Source: the human T2T-CHM13v2.0 reference genome, Homo sapiens. Taken from it: a stretch of 64,000 nucleotides of DNA. Location of the stretch: assembly GCF_009914755.1 (NCBI RefSeq), contig NC_060931.1, one strand, 5' to 3'. Below are positions 1 through 13,900 of the stretch, piece by piece. The notes beneath the pieces were generated by a model. The model was not told the DNA's origin. It did no database searches and saw only the letters and a program-made list of their open reading frames with translations. The stretch's first letter is position 1. Every line of letters begins with the position of its first letter. The position numbers and the translations under genes are program-made.

Positions 1-214
1 CATAGCCATAGGCCTGTGTGTGTAGCTATAGGGGGTCCAATCAGATGTAGCCAGGCCGATGGACAGCTTATTCATGAGGAACGACTGATCACTGTGCTCA
101 AACAGCAGTGGAAAGCAAGACAGATGTTGAGGGTGTTTCATGGGCTGTCTGCAGTGATATTTCAAACTTTCATACATTTGCAAGAAAGTTGCTACTGCAA
201 CAAGTGTTTGCCCC

Positions 215-645
215 ATACTTAGTGGCTACAAACAATACAAATTTCTTGCCTCAAAGTTCTGGACGTAAGAAGCTTGAAATGAGTCTTACAGGGTTAAAAT
301 CAGGGTAGTAGGGCATCTGATTCCTTCTGGAGGCTCCAGGGCAGCATCTGTTTCTGGCTCTTCCAGCTTCTAGAGGCTGCTGTGTTCCCCGGATTGTGCT
401 TTCATCACCCAAGTCTCTGCCTCCATCGTCACATTGCCTTCCCCTCTGCCTGACCTTCCTGTATTCCTTTTATAAACACCCCTGTGACTACAGGGCCCCA
501 CCTGGGTAATCCAGGACAATCTCCCTATCACCAGATCCTTAACTTACCCACATCAGCAGAGTCCCTATTGCCATGTAAGACCACATCCAGTTCTCGGGAT
601 TAGGATGTGGACATCTTCGGGGGAGTTATTATTTAGTCTACCATA
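215..645 (-). mobile_element. MLT1-family (ERVL-MaLR) solo LTR, old
   Basis: Antisense MLT1 hallmarks: TTCCTTCTGGAGGCTCCAGGG, TTCCAGCTTCTAGAGGCTGC, GGGTAATCCAGGACAATCTCCC, GGGATTAGGATGTGGACATCT. Boundaries approximate. Confidence 0.75.
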
Positions 646-1473
646 GGGCATACTAAAAAGCAAACAAACAAGCAAACAAACAAAAAACCAAATAGCTTAG
701 GCCAAGGGATTTTAGTCTTTAAAGCACTGAATAGAACAATTCAAAGAAGTGAATGTAATTGAAAGTTTCTGCTATTTCTTTTAGCATTTTATTTATCAGA
801 CTGTGGTTTGCAAACAGTGTTGTTGCCTTAATGTTAACATTTTGGAAATGAGCCATGAAAGGTCGAACACAGAATAAGTATTGCTTGGCAAAATTAATGA
901 AGTGGATTACTTACAGGAATTAAGCAGTTCTAAAAGCAATTAGGCCACTCCAGGGGTTCTTTCCAGCTTGTGGGTTCATTAATATTTAACAAATCATGCT
1001 GCAGGAGGCACAGTGGATTCCTCCAGAGCAGCATACATTAGAAGGCCCTCTCTTTCTGAAAGAGTATGCGGTATTTAGTCTTAGAAATTACCTTCCATAG
1101 AGAGTTCATTTCTTAAGCCATTCATTTCCCACATGATTTTCTGTTTTCACCAGATAGGCCCAGTCCCCAGGCCGTGAAGAGATGGGGTCAAATTGTACAG
1201 TTGCCCAAGGTGTTAGACTGGTTAGACCTTTTCTAGAGCCAAGCTGTCTTAGAGAAATGGGGTGGGGTGTCTCTACAAGAGAGATTAAAACACATCTTTT
1301 TTTTTTCTGTTTGTTTGAAATATTTGCCTAGGGAGTAGGCAGGAAATGTCTTTTACATGAAACACTAGTATTTCTCTAGTGAAGCATTAATTTTTATTTC
1401 TGCTTATACATCACCCCATCCCCATTCCCAGGAAGTACAGGACTTCTAACCCAATGTAAATGTTTTTTTTTAA

Positions 1474-1495
1474 ATTATTATTATTATTATTATTT

Positions 1496-1539
<44 letters not shown>
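1474..1539. repeat. (TTA)n followed by (CA)n microsatellite
   Basis: Visible directly; source of the HTHTHT ORF. Confidence 0.95.
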
Positions 1540-1541
<2 letters not shown>

Positions 1542-1622
1542 TCTTTTGTGATCGGTCACATTTCTTCTCATCACACCTTCACCTACTTAGCCCCAAACCT
1601 GTTCATGTGGAACTTTCCTTTC

Positions 1623-1920
1623 CTTTGGGAGGTCGAGGTGGGCAGATCACCTGAGGTCAGGAGTTTGAAATCAGCCTGGCTAACATGATGAAACCCCGTC
1701 TCTACTAAAAATATAAAAATTAGCTGGGCATGGTGGTTCGTGCCTATAGTCCCAGCTACTCGGGAGGCTGAGGCAGGGAATTGCTTGAACCAGGGAAGTG
1801 GAGGTTGCAGTGAGCCGAGATCACACCACTGCACTCCAGCCTGAGTGACAGAGCGAGACTTGGTCTCAAAAAAAAAACCAAAAAAAAAAAAAAAAAAAAA
1901 AAAACCCAAAAAAAAAGAAA
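1623..1920 (+). mobile_element. AluS (AluSx-like), 5'-truncated by about 36 bp
   Basis: Starts at CTTTGGGAGG, has the linker, right arm and long A tail. Exact 13-bp TSD GAACTTTCCTTTC at 1610-1622 and 1921-1933. Confidence 0.95.
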
Positions 1921-3361
1921 GAACTTTCCTTTCTACATGCTCTAATAGGAGAAGTGGTTGGGTACTTGGTCGGGTTCCTAATCCCCATCATGAAAGCAAA
2001 TGAGGCCTGGTGGCCTCAGCCTGCTAACAATTTGAGCATGCCTCATTGTAAAATCCGCATTTTAAAATCCTTGCTTTGGCTATAATCTATTTCTCCCTAA
2101 TCAATACAAATCACCCTTTGAAAAACTCTCAGCCCATTCCTCACTTCAGCCCAAAGCTGTCCTAGCTATTTTTTCACTGTATACAGTTTGGTAATAGGGG
2201 TCTATCTCACATCTAAGTTCAAATTTCCATTTCTGGTGAAGAAGTCTTTCAGTTTCTATCTTTGCCACTATCTTTTTTGAGATCTCAAATATATTCAGTC
2301 AGAGTATAAGTTCAAGGCACTGACTTTCTTCACTCTTTCAGTCTCTGTTTGATAAACATGGCTTTTAACACCTAGCCTGAGAGTGAGCTTGAACCCCACC
2401 TCATCTTCCCACCCACTGTAGTTGATAAGCGGTCATGGCAGTGTCATGATAGTTGCCAACATTTGTACTGGAAAGAGGCCTAGAGGAGTGTCTCCAGTGA
2501 CTGGCTTCCTGGCCATTTAACGTAAGTTTCACTGTTACTGTGCTTTGGGATGTAGTCTTCAGCTCTGCAATGTCAGAAATTTGGCATTATCCTTGAAGCT
2601 GGGTTTGAGGGGACTGATTCACAAACAGAACTCATGAAAGACAAATATGTAAAACCAGAATACTAGTTTATTACTTTACCAAGGAAAACAAATTACTTTC
2701 CAGTAAGGCAGGTTAAAGGAATTACCTTTAGAATCAGACCACAATGCCTCTGAGTATAACAACTTCTCTAGGTATTGGGTTAGTCAAATGGGAATGAGTA
2801 TAATACTTACATTATGGGGTTGTGTGAAGAATGTTGGACAGAATGTAAGCAAGCGGTTTGTTTGGCGTAAAGGAAGTAACTGTTATGATCATTTATATCA
2901 TTTTACAATATGATGTAGAGAGTAATTGATTAACTCCCAGGTAGCAGAATCGAGCTGGAACCAGGTTTTCTGACATGTGTTTCTACAAGAGCTTTGTGAT
3001 CATGGATCTCAGCAGTTTGCTTCACACTGAAGGTTCTTTCCACGTCCAGGGCTGCCCGAGATTACCCATCACACTTTGCCTTATATGAAAGTGCAAATCT
3101 CACCTTCAGAACTGACCATTCAGCAGTTGTGAAGAAGTAGTTCTGGAATTTTTATCTCTCTTAAGTCATTTTGCTACTAGATATAAAATCTTCTGATACA
3201 TTGCCATTTTATAGGGCAACATATTTTTTCTTAGTTCAATATTTGTGACTAACACGATGTGTGGCAGTTGTCTAAGTTCATGGATACAGTTTTAGAAATC
3301 CCCACCTCTCCCTTCTTTATTGCTTTCCAACTAATCTTATAGACATTTTTTCTTTAAAGTC

Positions 3362-3866
<505 letters not shown>

Positions 3867-4438
3867 TAGCTTTAAAGTCTGACTTCAGCTTTGAGTCTTG
3901 CAATAGATGACTTAGGATCTCGAAGGTGGCAGTAGAGAATAGTAGGAAGAAAGCAAGTGAGGATTCAGGAGATATGGTTCTACTCCTAGCTCCAACTATT
4001 CTGCACCTTGGGCCAATTGCTTTCTCTCTGTATGGCCAATTTCTTTACTTGTTAATTAGGAAAGATGTTTGCTTTACCCATATGGGAGAAATAAATGAAA
4101 CACTATAGTGTGTTGAAAACTATAAAGTCAATGCAAATTATTGCAGAATGAGGTAACCCTGGCCTGGTTCTAGCCCTCAGCCACTCAGCCACTACCAAAT
4201 CTTTACTCTTTCTGAGAGCATAATCACAGTCTCTAACTTTAAAGGGATGATGTGCACTCTACATTACAGCATTTTTGTAAGGTTCAAATGAAGGGGACAA
4301 AAGGACCTGAAAGCATTTTGTAAACTGCAGAATACCACATGAATGCAAAGGTGGCATCACAGGACTTTACTGCTTCCTTGCTCTGTGTCCTCAGGCAAAT
4401 TGGGCACCTGTCAGGTCTCCAGTTCTTTACCTGAGGGC

Positions 4439-4565
4439 TTATGCAACTTTTAATCACCGCCTATTCAGAAATCTGTTTAAACTGACTATGTATATATATT
4501 TTTATGCAACTTTTAATCACTGTCTATTTAGAAATCTGTTTAAACTGACTACGTATGTATATTTT
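4439..4565. repeat. Tandem duplication, 63-bp unit x2
   Basis: ATGCAACTTTTAATCAC...AGAAATCTGTTTAAACTGACTA starts at both 4441 and 4504, with a few substitutions. Confidence 0.93.
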
Positions 4566-6329
4566 TCTTTTGTAAAAAATTTTAAGGCTTGTCAAGTGTA
4601 TTTTTAAAAACAATAGTAATACTTCTGACTCTTAAATACCTTTCAAGTGCGTTATGACAGGCTTCTTCTACTCTAATGGCATTTGTTACTAATTGCTTCA
4701 TGAAATCGTAATCCTTTGTTTATTACTTACAGAAATGATTTCCAGTCAACATTCTTTGACCCTAAAGTAAGTTAAAATTCCTAAAATATTGAACAGATCT
4801 TGACCAATTATAATTTGTTTTTTGTTTGTCAGAATGGGAGTGAGCCATGACTTGGATGGACAGGGCTAGGGATGGAGGCTCTGGAAGACGTTCTTTGAAG
4901 TATCACTTTCAGCTTACTCTTCTCACCAAAGGCCATCCAGCAGCCCTCTCCTCTTCCCCACAGCACACATTTTGCATTTGTAACCAGAGAAGGGAATGAT
5001 GACGTGGTAGCATTGTCCTTTGAGTCTCATCTTCTCAAAGGCAGAGGTCACATTTTCTAGTGTTGTACCTAACCTAGTTTTTGTATAGTTAAAAAAAAAA
5101 ATCAGGCAAGTTGTCAATGTGAAAAATCTTTCAGCCTCGTGTTTGTACACATAGGAGATGAGAAATGTTTTAATGTGAAAGTAAGAATAGTGGCAATTCA
5201 TCTCCTTCCTGTTCCTAGGTTACAGCTGCTCAGTAAAGTTGGGTTGCATCTCAGGAACAGAGAGCAATTTATTTCTACAGCTGTGTGAAATGGGGCCAGC
5301 TTGCATCCATGGAGGCAGAGATGCCCTCAAGTTTTTGGCTTATTTTTAGTTCCCTTATATCAATGTATACACGTGTGATAATATAGTGTAGTGCATCCAA
5401 CAGCATTTTTTAGGCCCCACATTTGGGATTTCAGATGGCAGCAGCAATTCTTATTTTTTGGTTAAATTTTGTGGAAGTCTAACAAATGGATTCTCTGAGT
5501 CATTGAAAGGTATGCTTAAAAACAGGTACTCTGTATAAAACAGCTGGTCAAGTTTTTGGATTAGAACCTTTCAATCAAGTAACATCTTGGGAGACTGTAG
5601 GAGCTGTACAGGCCACTTGGTGGTGCTCATGACAGGGCAGCTCTCTTCCAAAGGATATGAATCTTCACAGTTGTAACATTTTAGTTCTGCTTTACTGAAC
5701 AGAAAGCGGTTCCATTCCAAATTTGATCCTAAATGCGAAACCACAGTGTGCTATAAAACATTGAACATTCCTGCAAAAACAGACAGAGGTGGAGTTTGTT
5801 TGCACAGATCCAGAAAAGTCTTCTGTCAACAACCTCTTCTCACAGAGAATCGTACATCTAATGTGTGGCTAAAAGGCATTTGGATATGTCAAGTCCAAGC
5901 AAACCGTAACTAGCATTCTAATGACCTTCTATTGTTAGATAAATGATAACATTATAGAATGAAGGTCACAAGGGAAAAGGAACATATTCTCTTCCTCACT
6001 CAGTAAATTTATGACAGCAAGGATCCAGAAATCCTAGGGAACACAGGCCAAATACACCTTTTGCATGAGGGGTCTATTTAACAAAATGAAATGAGCACAG
6101 CAGGGAAGTTTTTTTAAAAAACTTTGCTTTATTTATAAGTAAACATTGGACACCAAGATTTATATATCATGTATGACCTGTACATACCTTGAGGGCTGTT
6201 TACTGTACCTTGTCTGTCTTTATGTTGTTAGTTAAACAGTGAGTCATAAAAATGCCCCAATAACACATTTTCTATCAACTGTCCAGGAAAATCTAGTTCC
6301 TTTACCACACAGAAGCAAAAGTGATATTC

Positions 6330-6830
6330 TTTAAAAGGAAAACCAGATAATGTCCTTAAAAAATGGCTTCCCAATGGTTTATGATGAAATCCAGACTCGA
6401 TTAGGCTGACATAACATGCCTCTTGCTCATTTCTCTGCCTTCATCTCTCAGAATGCTTCTCTCCATTCTCTGGGCTCCAGGGTCCTGATTTCTTGAAGCT
6501 CCTGCAACCTGCCTGGCTTCTTCTGGCTGCAGGATGTAGACACACGCTCCTCACTCTTCCCTGGTTTGCCTTGCCCAGGTCTGTCTCTGAACCATCCTCT
6601 TTATCCTCCAGTTTTCAGGTGAAGTGTGTTCTTCTCATAGAAGTCTTTCCCGTTGACCTTATCTTAAGTGGTTCCCTCGTTATTTCTGGACCTTTATTTG
6701 TTTTATTCATAGTATTTATCCAGTCATTAAAGTTTGTCCTTTGTTGTTGTTTACTTATTTTTAAAAGGAATTTTATCTGCTTGCATTCAAATTGTGACTC
6801 TAAATATTATGAATTAGGGACTCTGAAAAT
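6330..6830 (+). mobile_element. L2 LINE relic
   Basis: Pyrimidine-rich, L2-like 3' sequence (AAAATGGCTTCCC..., GAAGTCTTTCCCGTTGACC...). Highly diverged. Confidence 0.5.
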
Positions 6831-6832
6831 AA

Positions 6833-6990
6833 TGTGACTTCTCTAAAACTCAGTTTTCTCATCTAGAAAGTGAGCTTACTATTTACCTGATAGGGTTGTT
6901 TGTCATAAAGAATTAACACACGAAAACAAGCAAAGTGTGTAGAACCTGTCCTAGTACATAATAAAATACCAATGCATATTAACTATTATT
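6833..6990 (+). mobile_element. MIR SINE
   Basis: MIR core CTCAGTTTTCTCATCTAGAAAGTG and a MIR-like 3' end ...ATATTAACTATTATT. Confidence 0.7.
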
Positions 6991-7467
6991 AGTGCTATTT
7001 TAATCAACACTGCATCTGGGTGGTAGAACATTCCTCCCTTGCTAATTGCACCTTCTTCTCTTTTCCTTCCTTTAGGGAGGGCTTCCCTGACTATGCTTCA
7101 TAAACTCAGGCCAGGCCCCCTAGTATTCCATTCCCTGTCCCATTGCCCTGCTTAATCTATCTCCACAGTATTTAAAATTTTTTGTATATATTTATCTGTT
7201 TTTATTGATGATATCTCTTTCCCACTATAATTTAAGCTCCATGAAAGACCCTATATTTCAAGGGTCCAGTAGAGGCAGATATTATGCACTCAATGAATAT
7301 CTGTTGCATTAGTAAATAATTGAGAAATCATTGTCATTATCACCATCATCATTTTTCCTCTCTAAAAAGTAAGCAGGGATTGTACCTGCCTACCTTATGT
7401 GTACATTCCTGACGTGAATCATAGTTCTTGGCAAAAAGTCCTCTGTCAATATTTGTCAAAGGAATGA

Positions 7468-7813
<346 letters not shown>

Positions 7814-8872
7814 TGAGACTTTGCCAAAATCATACACACAGGAAATCTTAGCAATCAACACATTAGTGATTATCACTCTGTATTGATGGTAATTATGGTA
7901 TTTTGTGGTTAAATCAATTTTATAAAGGACTACATCGATTTTTGAAATCCTGTTACTTAAATTTTATTTTGTTGCTTATCCTTGCAGTCCAATTCGTATA
8001 CATATAAAGGCATTCCCTTTCTGTCTTACGTACTTCGAATGAGAGATGACACCATGCATATGGTACTTCTATCATGATCCAATCAGATTATGTTTACCAA
8101 GGACTTGGTACAATGTCCATACCTCCATCTTTATTTTTTTTCCCCTTAGTTTTTCAAATCTCTCAAATTGATTTGATATAAGTAATAAGTTCAGTCACTA
8201 GACATCTGTTGAACATCAAACATTTTCCTTTTCATCTTAAAGATATCTTGGCAAGTAAAATATACTTTTCTCTATCAACATTTTAAGGGATACCGCTAGC
8301 ACCAAACAGATACCATTTCCTTTTACTCTGCAAAGACTGATGGAAGAATAAGAAGACACTTTCTTTGCCCCCTAGAACCTTCAGATCTATTGGTGGGCAT
8401 TCAGATACCCACAAAAAGAGAGTTAAACATGTTAAGTGGAACACTGAAGGAGCTGAAGAGTCAAAAGAGGAAGTAGGTGCTAAATAGTTCAGAAAAGGAA
8501 GCAGTTCACTGGTTCTATTGACCACAGTTTGCCATTCTTGAACAGGGTTGCCAACGTCTAGTGTTTGTATTTTGTTGTCTGACTCTACAAGTTCCAGAAC
8601 TTCTTTTATAAATGATGTATGGGCATACCTTGGAGATACTGAAGCTTCAGGTCCAGACCAGTGCAATAAGGAAATATAAAAAGTCAGTCACATGAATGTT
8701 TTGGCTTCCCAGTGCATATTGTATACACTATATTGTAGTATACTATGACTTCCTCCACTGAAGTCTTGAACCCCTCAAAGGTCATCCATCAAAGTTAGAA
8801 TCAACTTCTTTCACACTCTTGTTAATGCTGATATTTTGACCTTCTCCCATGAATCATGAATATTCTTAAAGG

Positions 8873-9476
8873 TGTGAAAATAAAATAAAATATTGGGATG
8901 CCATACTCACTATGCCAAAAGGAAAAGTTAAGCTTAGAAACTGAGTCTCCAAAAAAACTGCCTTTCCTTTTGTTCCTGAACCTGCAAGATAGAAGATCAC
9001 ATATCTTCCCAGGTGGCCTTCCTCAGCCTGACAAGGTAAATTAACAGCTTATCTTCACAGGTATGGAACAAAGACAGGTATAGGACAAAGACATATTTGA
9101 CAGCTTGGCTTCCTTTACTGTTTATTTTTATGTTGTGTAAAATGCCGACTTACTGATGCATAAGACAAATGTTTAATTGACTGCTCCTCTCCCTCCTCCT
9201 TTCACATGTAACATGTGGATTCGGTAAACACTTATCAAAGCCTCACAACAATGTGACCGCTTACCTCACTTTATACCCTCCCTTTTTTTTTCTTTCTTCC
9301 TTCCCCTTCTGCCTGCTCTTTCCCCTTTAAATATTGAAACCCTCAAAATCCTCTTTATAAAAAGTGTGAACCACAGATCCTATTGTGATTTTGTGTCTTC
9401 TCCCAGGTATGTCCTCAACCTTAGCAAAATAAACTTCTAAATTAATTGAGACCTATCTCAGACACTTTGTTTTACA
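8873..9476 (+). mobile_element. MER4-group (ERV1) solo LTR inserted in Tigger1
   Basis: TG...CA ends, ACTCACTATGCCAAAAGGAAAAGTTAAGCT motif, AATAAA near 9428, 4-bp TSD AAGG/AAGC. Tigger1 resumes in register afterwards. Confidence 0.85.
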
Positions 9477-9716
9477 AAGCCATCTAGCATGCTGAATCCT
9501 TTCCAGAAGGTGTTCAATTTACTTTGCCCAGATCCTCAGAGAACTCACTATCTATCGAGCTACAGGCTTACAAAATGTATTTCTTAAATAAAACTTGAAA
9601 ATCAAATGATTCTCTGACATATGGGCTACAGATAGGATGTTGTGTTTGCAGGCATGAAAACAACATTAACCTCCTCGTGTATCTCCATTAGAGCTCCTGG
9701 ATAATCAGGTGCATTG

Positions 9717-10214
9717 TCAACAAGCAGTAATATTTTGAAAAGAATCATCTTTTTCTGAGTGGTAGCTCTCAACAGTGGATTTGAAATATTCAGTAAACCA
9801 TGTTGTAAACAGATGTGTTGTCATCCAGGCTTTATTTTTCCATTTGTCGGGCACAGGCCGAGTAGATTCGGTATAATTCCCAAGGACTCTAGGATTTTCA
9901 GCAGCACAGATGAGCATTGACTTCAAGTCATCAGCTGCTTTCCCTCCTAATAAGAGAGTTGGCCTGTCCTTTGAGGGTTTGAAGCCAGGCATTGACTTCT
10001 CTCTAGCTATGAAAGTCCTAGATGACATCTTTTTCCAATATATGGCTGTTTTGTCTGCACTGAAAAACTGTTGTTTAGTGTAGCCACCTTCATCAATTAA
10101 CCTATCTAGATATACATAACTCGCTGCAGCTTCTCCATCAGCACTTGCTGTTTCACCTTGCTTTTTTATGTTGTGGAAATGGCTTCCTCTCCTTAAAATC
10201 TCATGAACCAACAT
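9717..10214 (-). pseudogene. Tigger1 transposase remnant (pogo/CENP-B-like DDE region)
   Basis: ORF contains [36 protein letters not shown] and [19 protein letters not shown], matching Tigger1 transposase. Fragmentary. Confidence 0.9.
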
Positions 10215-12023
10215 CTGCTAGCTTCAAACTTTGCTTCTGCAGCTGCCTCATCTCTTCGCCTTCACGGAATTGAAGAGTGTTAGGGCCTTGCTCTAGATTA
10301 GGCTTTGGCTTAAGAGAATATTGTGGCTGGTTTGATCTTCTATCCACACCACTCAAACTTTCTGCATATCAGCAATAAGGCTGTTTCACTTTCTTATCAT
10401 TTGTAGATTCACTGAAGTAGCACTTTTAATCTCTTTGAAGAACTTTTCCTTTGCATTCACAACCTGGCTAATGATGCAAAAGGCCTACCTTTCGGCCTAT
10501 CTTGGTTTTTGATATGCCTTCCTCACTAAGCTTAATGATTTGTAACTTTTGGTTTAAAGTGAGAGATGTGGGACTCTTCCTTCATTTGAATACTCAGAGG
10601 TCATTGTAGGGTTATTAATTGGCCTAATTTCAATGTTGTGGTGGCTTGGGGAATAGGGAGGGCCAAAGAGGGCAGAAAGACAGGGAAGTGGCGGTTCAGT
10701 AGAACAGTCAGAACACAAGCAATATTTGTTAAGTTTGCTGTCTTATATGGGTGTAGTTTGTGGTGCCCTAAAACAATTACAATAGTAATATGAAGTATTG
10801 ATCACAGGTCACCATCACAGTTAATAATAACAATAATAAAAGTTTGAAATATTTTGAGAGTTACCAAAATGTAACACAGGGACACAAAGTGAACACCTGC
10901 TGTTGGAAAAATGGCACTGATATCCTTGCTCATGTAGAGTTGCCACGTATCTTCAATTTGTAAGAAAACACAGTAGCTTCAGAGCACAATAAAGCAAAGT
11001 GCAATAAAACAAGTTATGCCTGTAGTATTACTTTCTTAACTTGCTCTTTAAATACTTTGAAGAATTAATGCCTTTACTATATTTGTTGCTTATGGCATTT
11101 TGATTCTTCAGGCTAGTCAAGATCTTTCACCTGAACTATATCCTCTCTTCCGAATATTCTTTCCCAGCATGATGTTCCTATTTGATTCTCACTGTCAGAC
11201 ATAGCTGATATGGCATAGAAACCTCTTTCCGGTTTTTTTCTACCTTTTACCTTCTCTTTTACCTTCATTCCAAGCCCACTGTTGTAGTCCTAAAGGTGCC
11301 TTTCCTTCTCCTTTCCTCATTTGAGTATTTTATTTCTGAATCCCATCCTTTATTTTTTCCTAAAAATCTTGATCTAACTGACGTAACTTATTTTACTCTT
11401 ACTAGAAAGAAACATCATTAAACCCTGTAACTACTAAGAAAGACAAAATTGATTCCTCTTGGAAGTCAATGCATGAAGAAGGAGAAGAAAAGTTTTTGGT
11501 GTTTATTTTTATTCTTCAAAAAAACCCCTTGGATTCTTATAGGAATCTCAGTTTTCTGATTGTGACAACATTTTCCAGATCCTTGATATGTATCTTGCAC
11601 AAGATTTAGAATTTTTTTTTAAAGAACTAGTCAGTAATATGAAAGAAGCAAACATTTTTTACATAAAATTAAAATATTTTCAAAATTTAACTGTATTATG
11701 TATACTTAAGATTTAAATAGTAGTATTAACATTTTTAGGCATAGGTTGAGATAGCAAATGAATTAGTTTACTTCTTTAGTTGAGTTTACTTTTCAACATT
11801 AGAAATGATCAACATTTCTGGGTTTATAAGTTGGTTATGATTATAAATGCTTGAAACAATATGAAGAATATAATTTATTTTTTATTTAAATAGTACCATT
11901 CAGTGCAGAGTGCTTTGAGTGGTTTAGGCCTGTTTGCTTTTAGAGAGAACTTTGCATTTCTCCTGGTATTCTTTGCAGCTGCTTCACTCTTACTAGTGAG
12001 AGGATATTTTCAGGCTGAGCTGA

Positions 12024-12341
<318 letters not shown>

Positions 12342-13858
12342 TGAACACCTTGAAGACAAGTGTGCTACCATTGCTCCTAGTTTGTGCAGGCTGTCCAGTG
12401 GGGACAGTGATCTAGATTGATGGCAGGCATCAGCAAAGGCTCTGCTGTGGGTTAATTTTTGCCCTATACCTTTTTGTTTGTTTCTGCCAAATTATATTAC
12501 CTTGGAAATAGGAACTAAAAATAAAGAATTCATTTCTTCTTGACCTGTCTCAGAAGGAATTTGGCTTGTATTTCTCAAGGAGCAGAGGGTGGGTTGGTTT
12601 CTCTGTAAGCCAAAAGATAAAAAAGAACAAAGGGACATGGCTCATACCTTGGAAGGCCAACAAAAATAACTAAAATGCTCACTGGATTAGAGCTTTGTAA
12701 AGTCATACTAACTGATTTCTTAAAATTAACTACAACTTAAGATGGTGAGACCAAATGAGAAATGCCTCCTCTGTACTAAGAGCCACAGGGCTTTTTATAT
12801 CCTTCTTTCCTTCTTGCCGTTCCCATGTTGGTTTCTGTTGTGTCTCGACTTCGAGTACCATTGTGATGAGACTGAACTAAATGTGCCAGTTGTGCACTCA
12901 AAGCCTCAAGTGGTTTTGCTTCACTGCTGACAATAAAATGAAACAACAACAAAAAATGCCTAAAATACTTTACATTAGGCCTCTTCTAGGTTGTCATCTG
13001 AGCCAGAAAACATTGTCAGAACAGTGGACATTTTCATGGTGCCATTTTCCCAAGTGGAAAACCAAAGGGGCACACAGCAGCCATTTGAGATGTTGTGAGA
13101 TGGGGCATGAAGATGACTGCACTTTTCAGCATCTGTGCTGTGAAACATCTCCTCCGAGGCTGGTGGCTTATTTCCCCTGTCTCTCTGTTGTGGGTTTGGG
13201 GGCAGGCACAGCCACTTCCTCTGCTCCACTACCTCTTCCCACACCCTTTTTATTCCTTCTGAGCTGCTTCCCTTTTTGATATCCAGCTTCCTCTTTCTCC
13301 TGGTGCCCCTACCTAAGGGTAATTCCTCCCTTCCCCCATCCATAATGTGTGTAGCTAAGTACCGACAGCATACTCACACTTTGTTAAAATTTGAAAATAT
13401 TATTTTTGTTTTATCAGAATCCCTCCCCATTATGGAGTCCGCTGCTTTTAAGTTATTTATAAAGCTGTTGTTGAAATACTAAAATGTCCGGTCACATTTG
13501 ATTCTACCTTAAAATAACCTATCACTTTTGTTGATCCCTTTTTCGAGTGTGAAGGTAAGAGGATGTGCTGCACTCTTGGCTGGGAAGGTGGTGCTGCATG
13601 TTGTTTATGCATGTTTACACTTCAATAGTCATAAAGATCTTCATCAAAACAAACTTGTTTTCTGCTTAAGGAAGAAAATCAACATTTTCTGATAAACAAA
13701 AATGCGAATATACATTATCCTGTGGAGGATTTTCTCACCTTTATGTGTGGTGAATTAATTCTCCCTATGGATGTACACTTGCAGTCCTGAACCACCCATG
13801 CCCCTTCTAGAAAACATTGGATGCTAACCCATCTGGCAGGGAGGAATGGATTTTGCCC

Positions 13859-13860
<2 letters not shown>

Positions 13861-13899
<39 letters not shown>
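13861..13899. repeat. (TG)n microsatellite
   Basis: Visible directly. Confidence 0.97.

Positions 13900-13900
<1 letters not shown>

Larger units (their letters stand above)
8620..11022 (-). mobile_element. Tigger1 (TcMar-Tigger) DNA transposon, internally deleted and interrupted by an LTR
   Basis: Both termini present (TGGGCATACCTTGGAGATA at 8620; ...AAGTTATGCCTG at 11022) with flanking TA dinucleotides. Transposase remnant inside. Confidence 0.93.

Noticed and set aside
5611-5630. CTCF site (GCCACTTGGTGGTGC)
   Set aside because: It has two mismatches at core positions and cannot be supported without a PWM score or ChIP data.
9717-10214. TIGD1-like domesticated transposase gene
   Set aside because: Only a fragment is open, and the element is split by an LTR and internally deleted.
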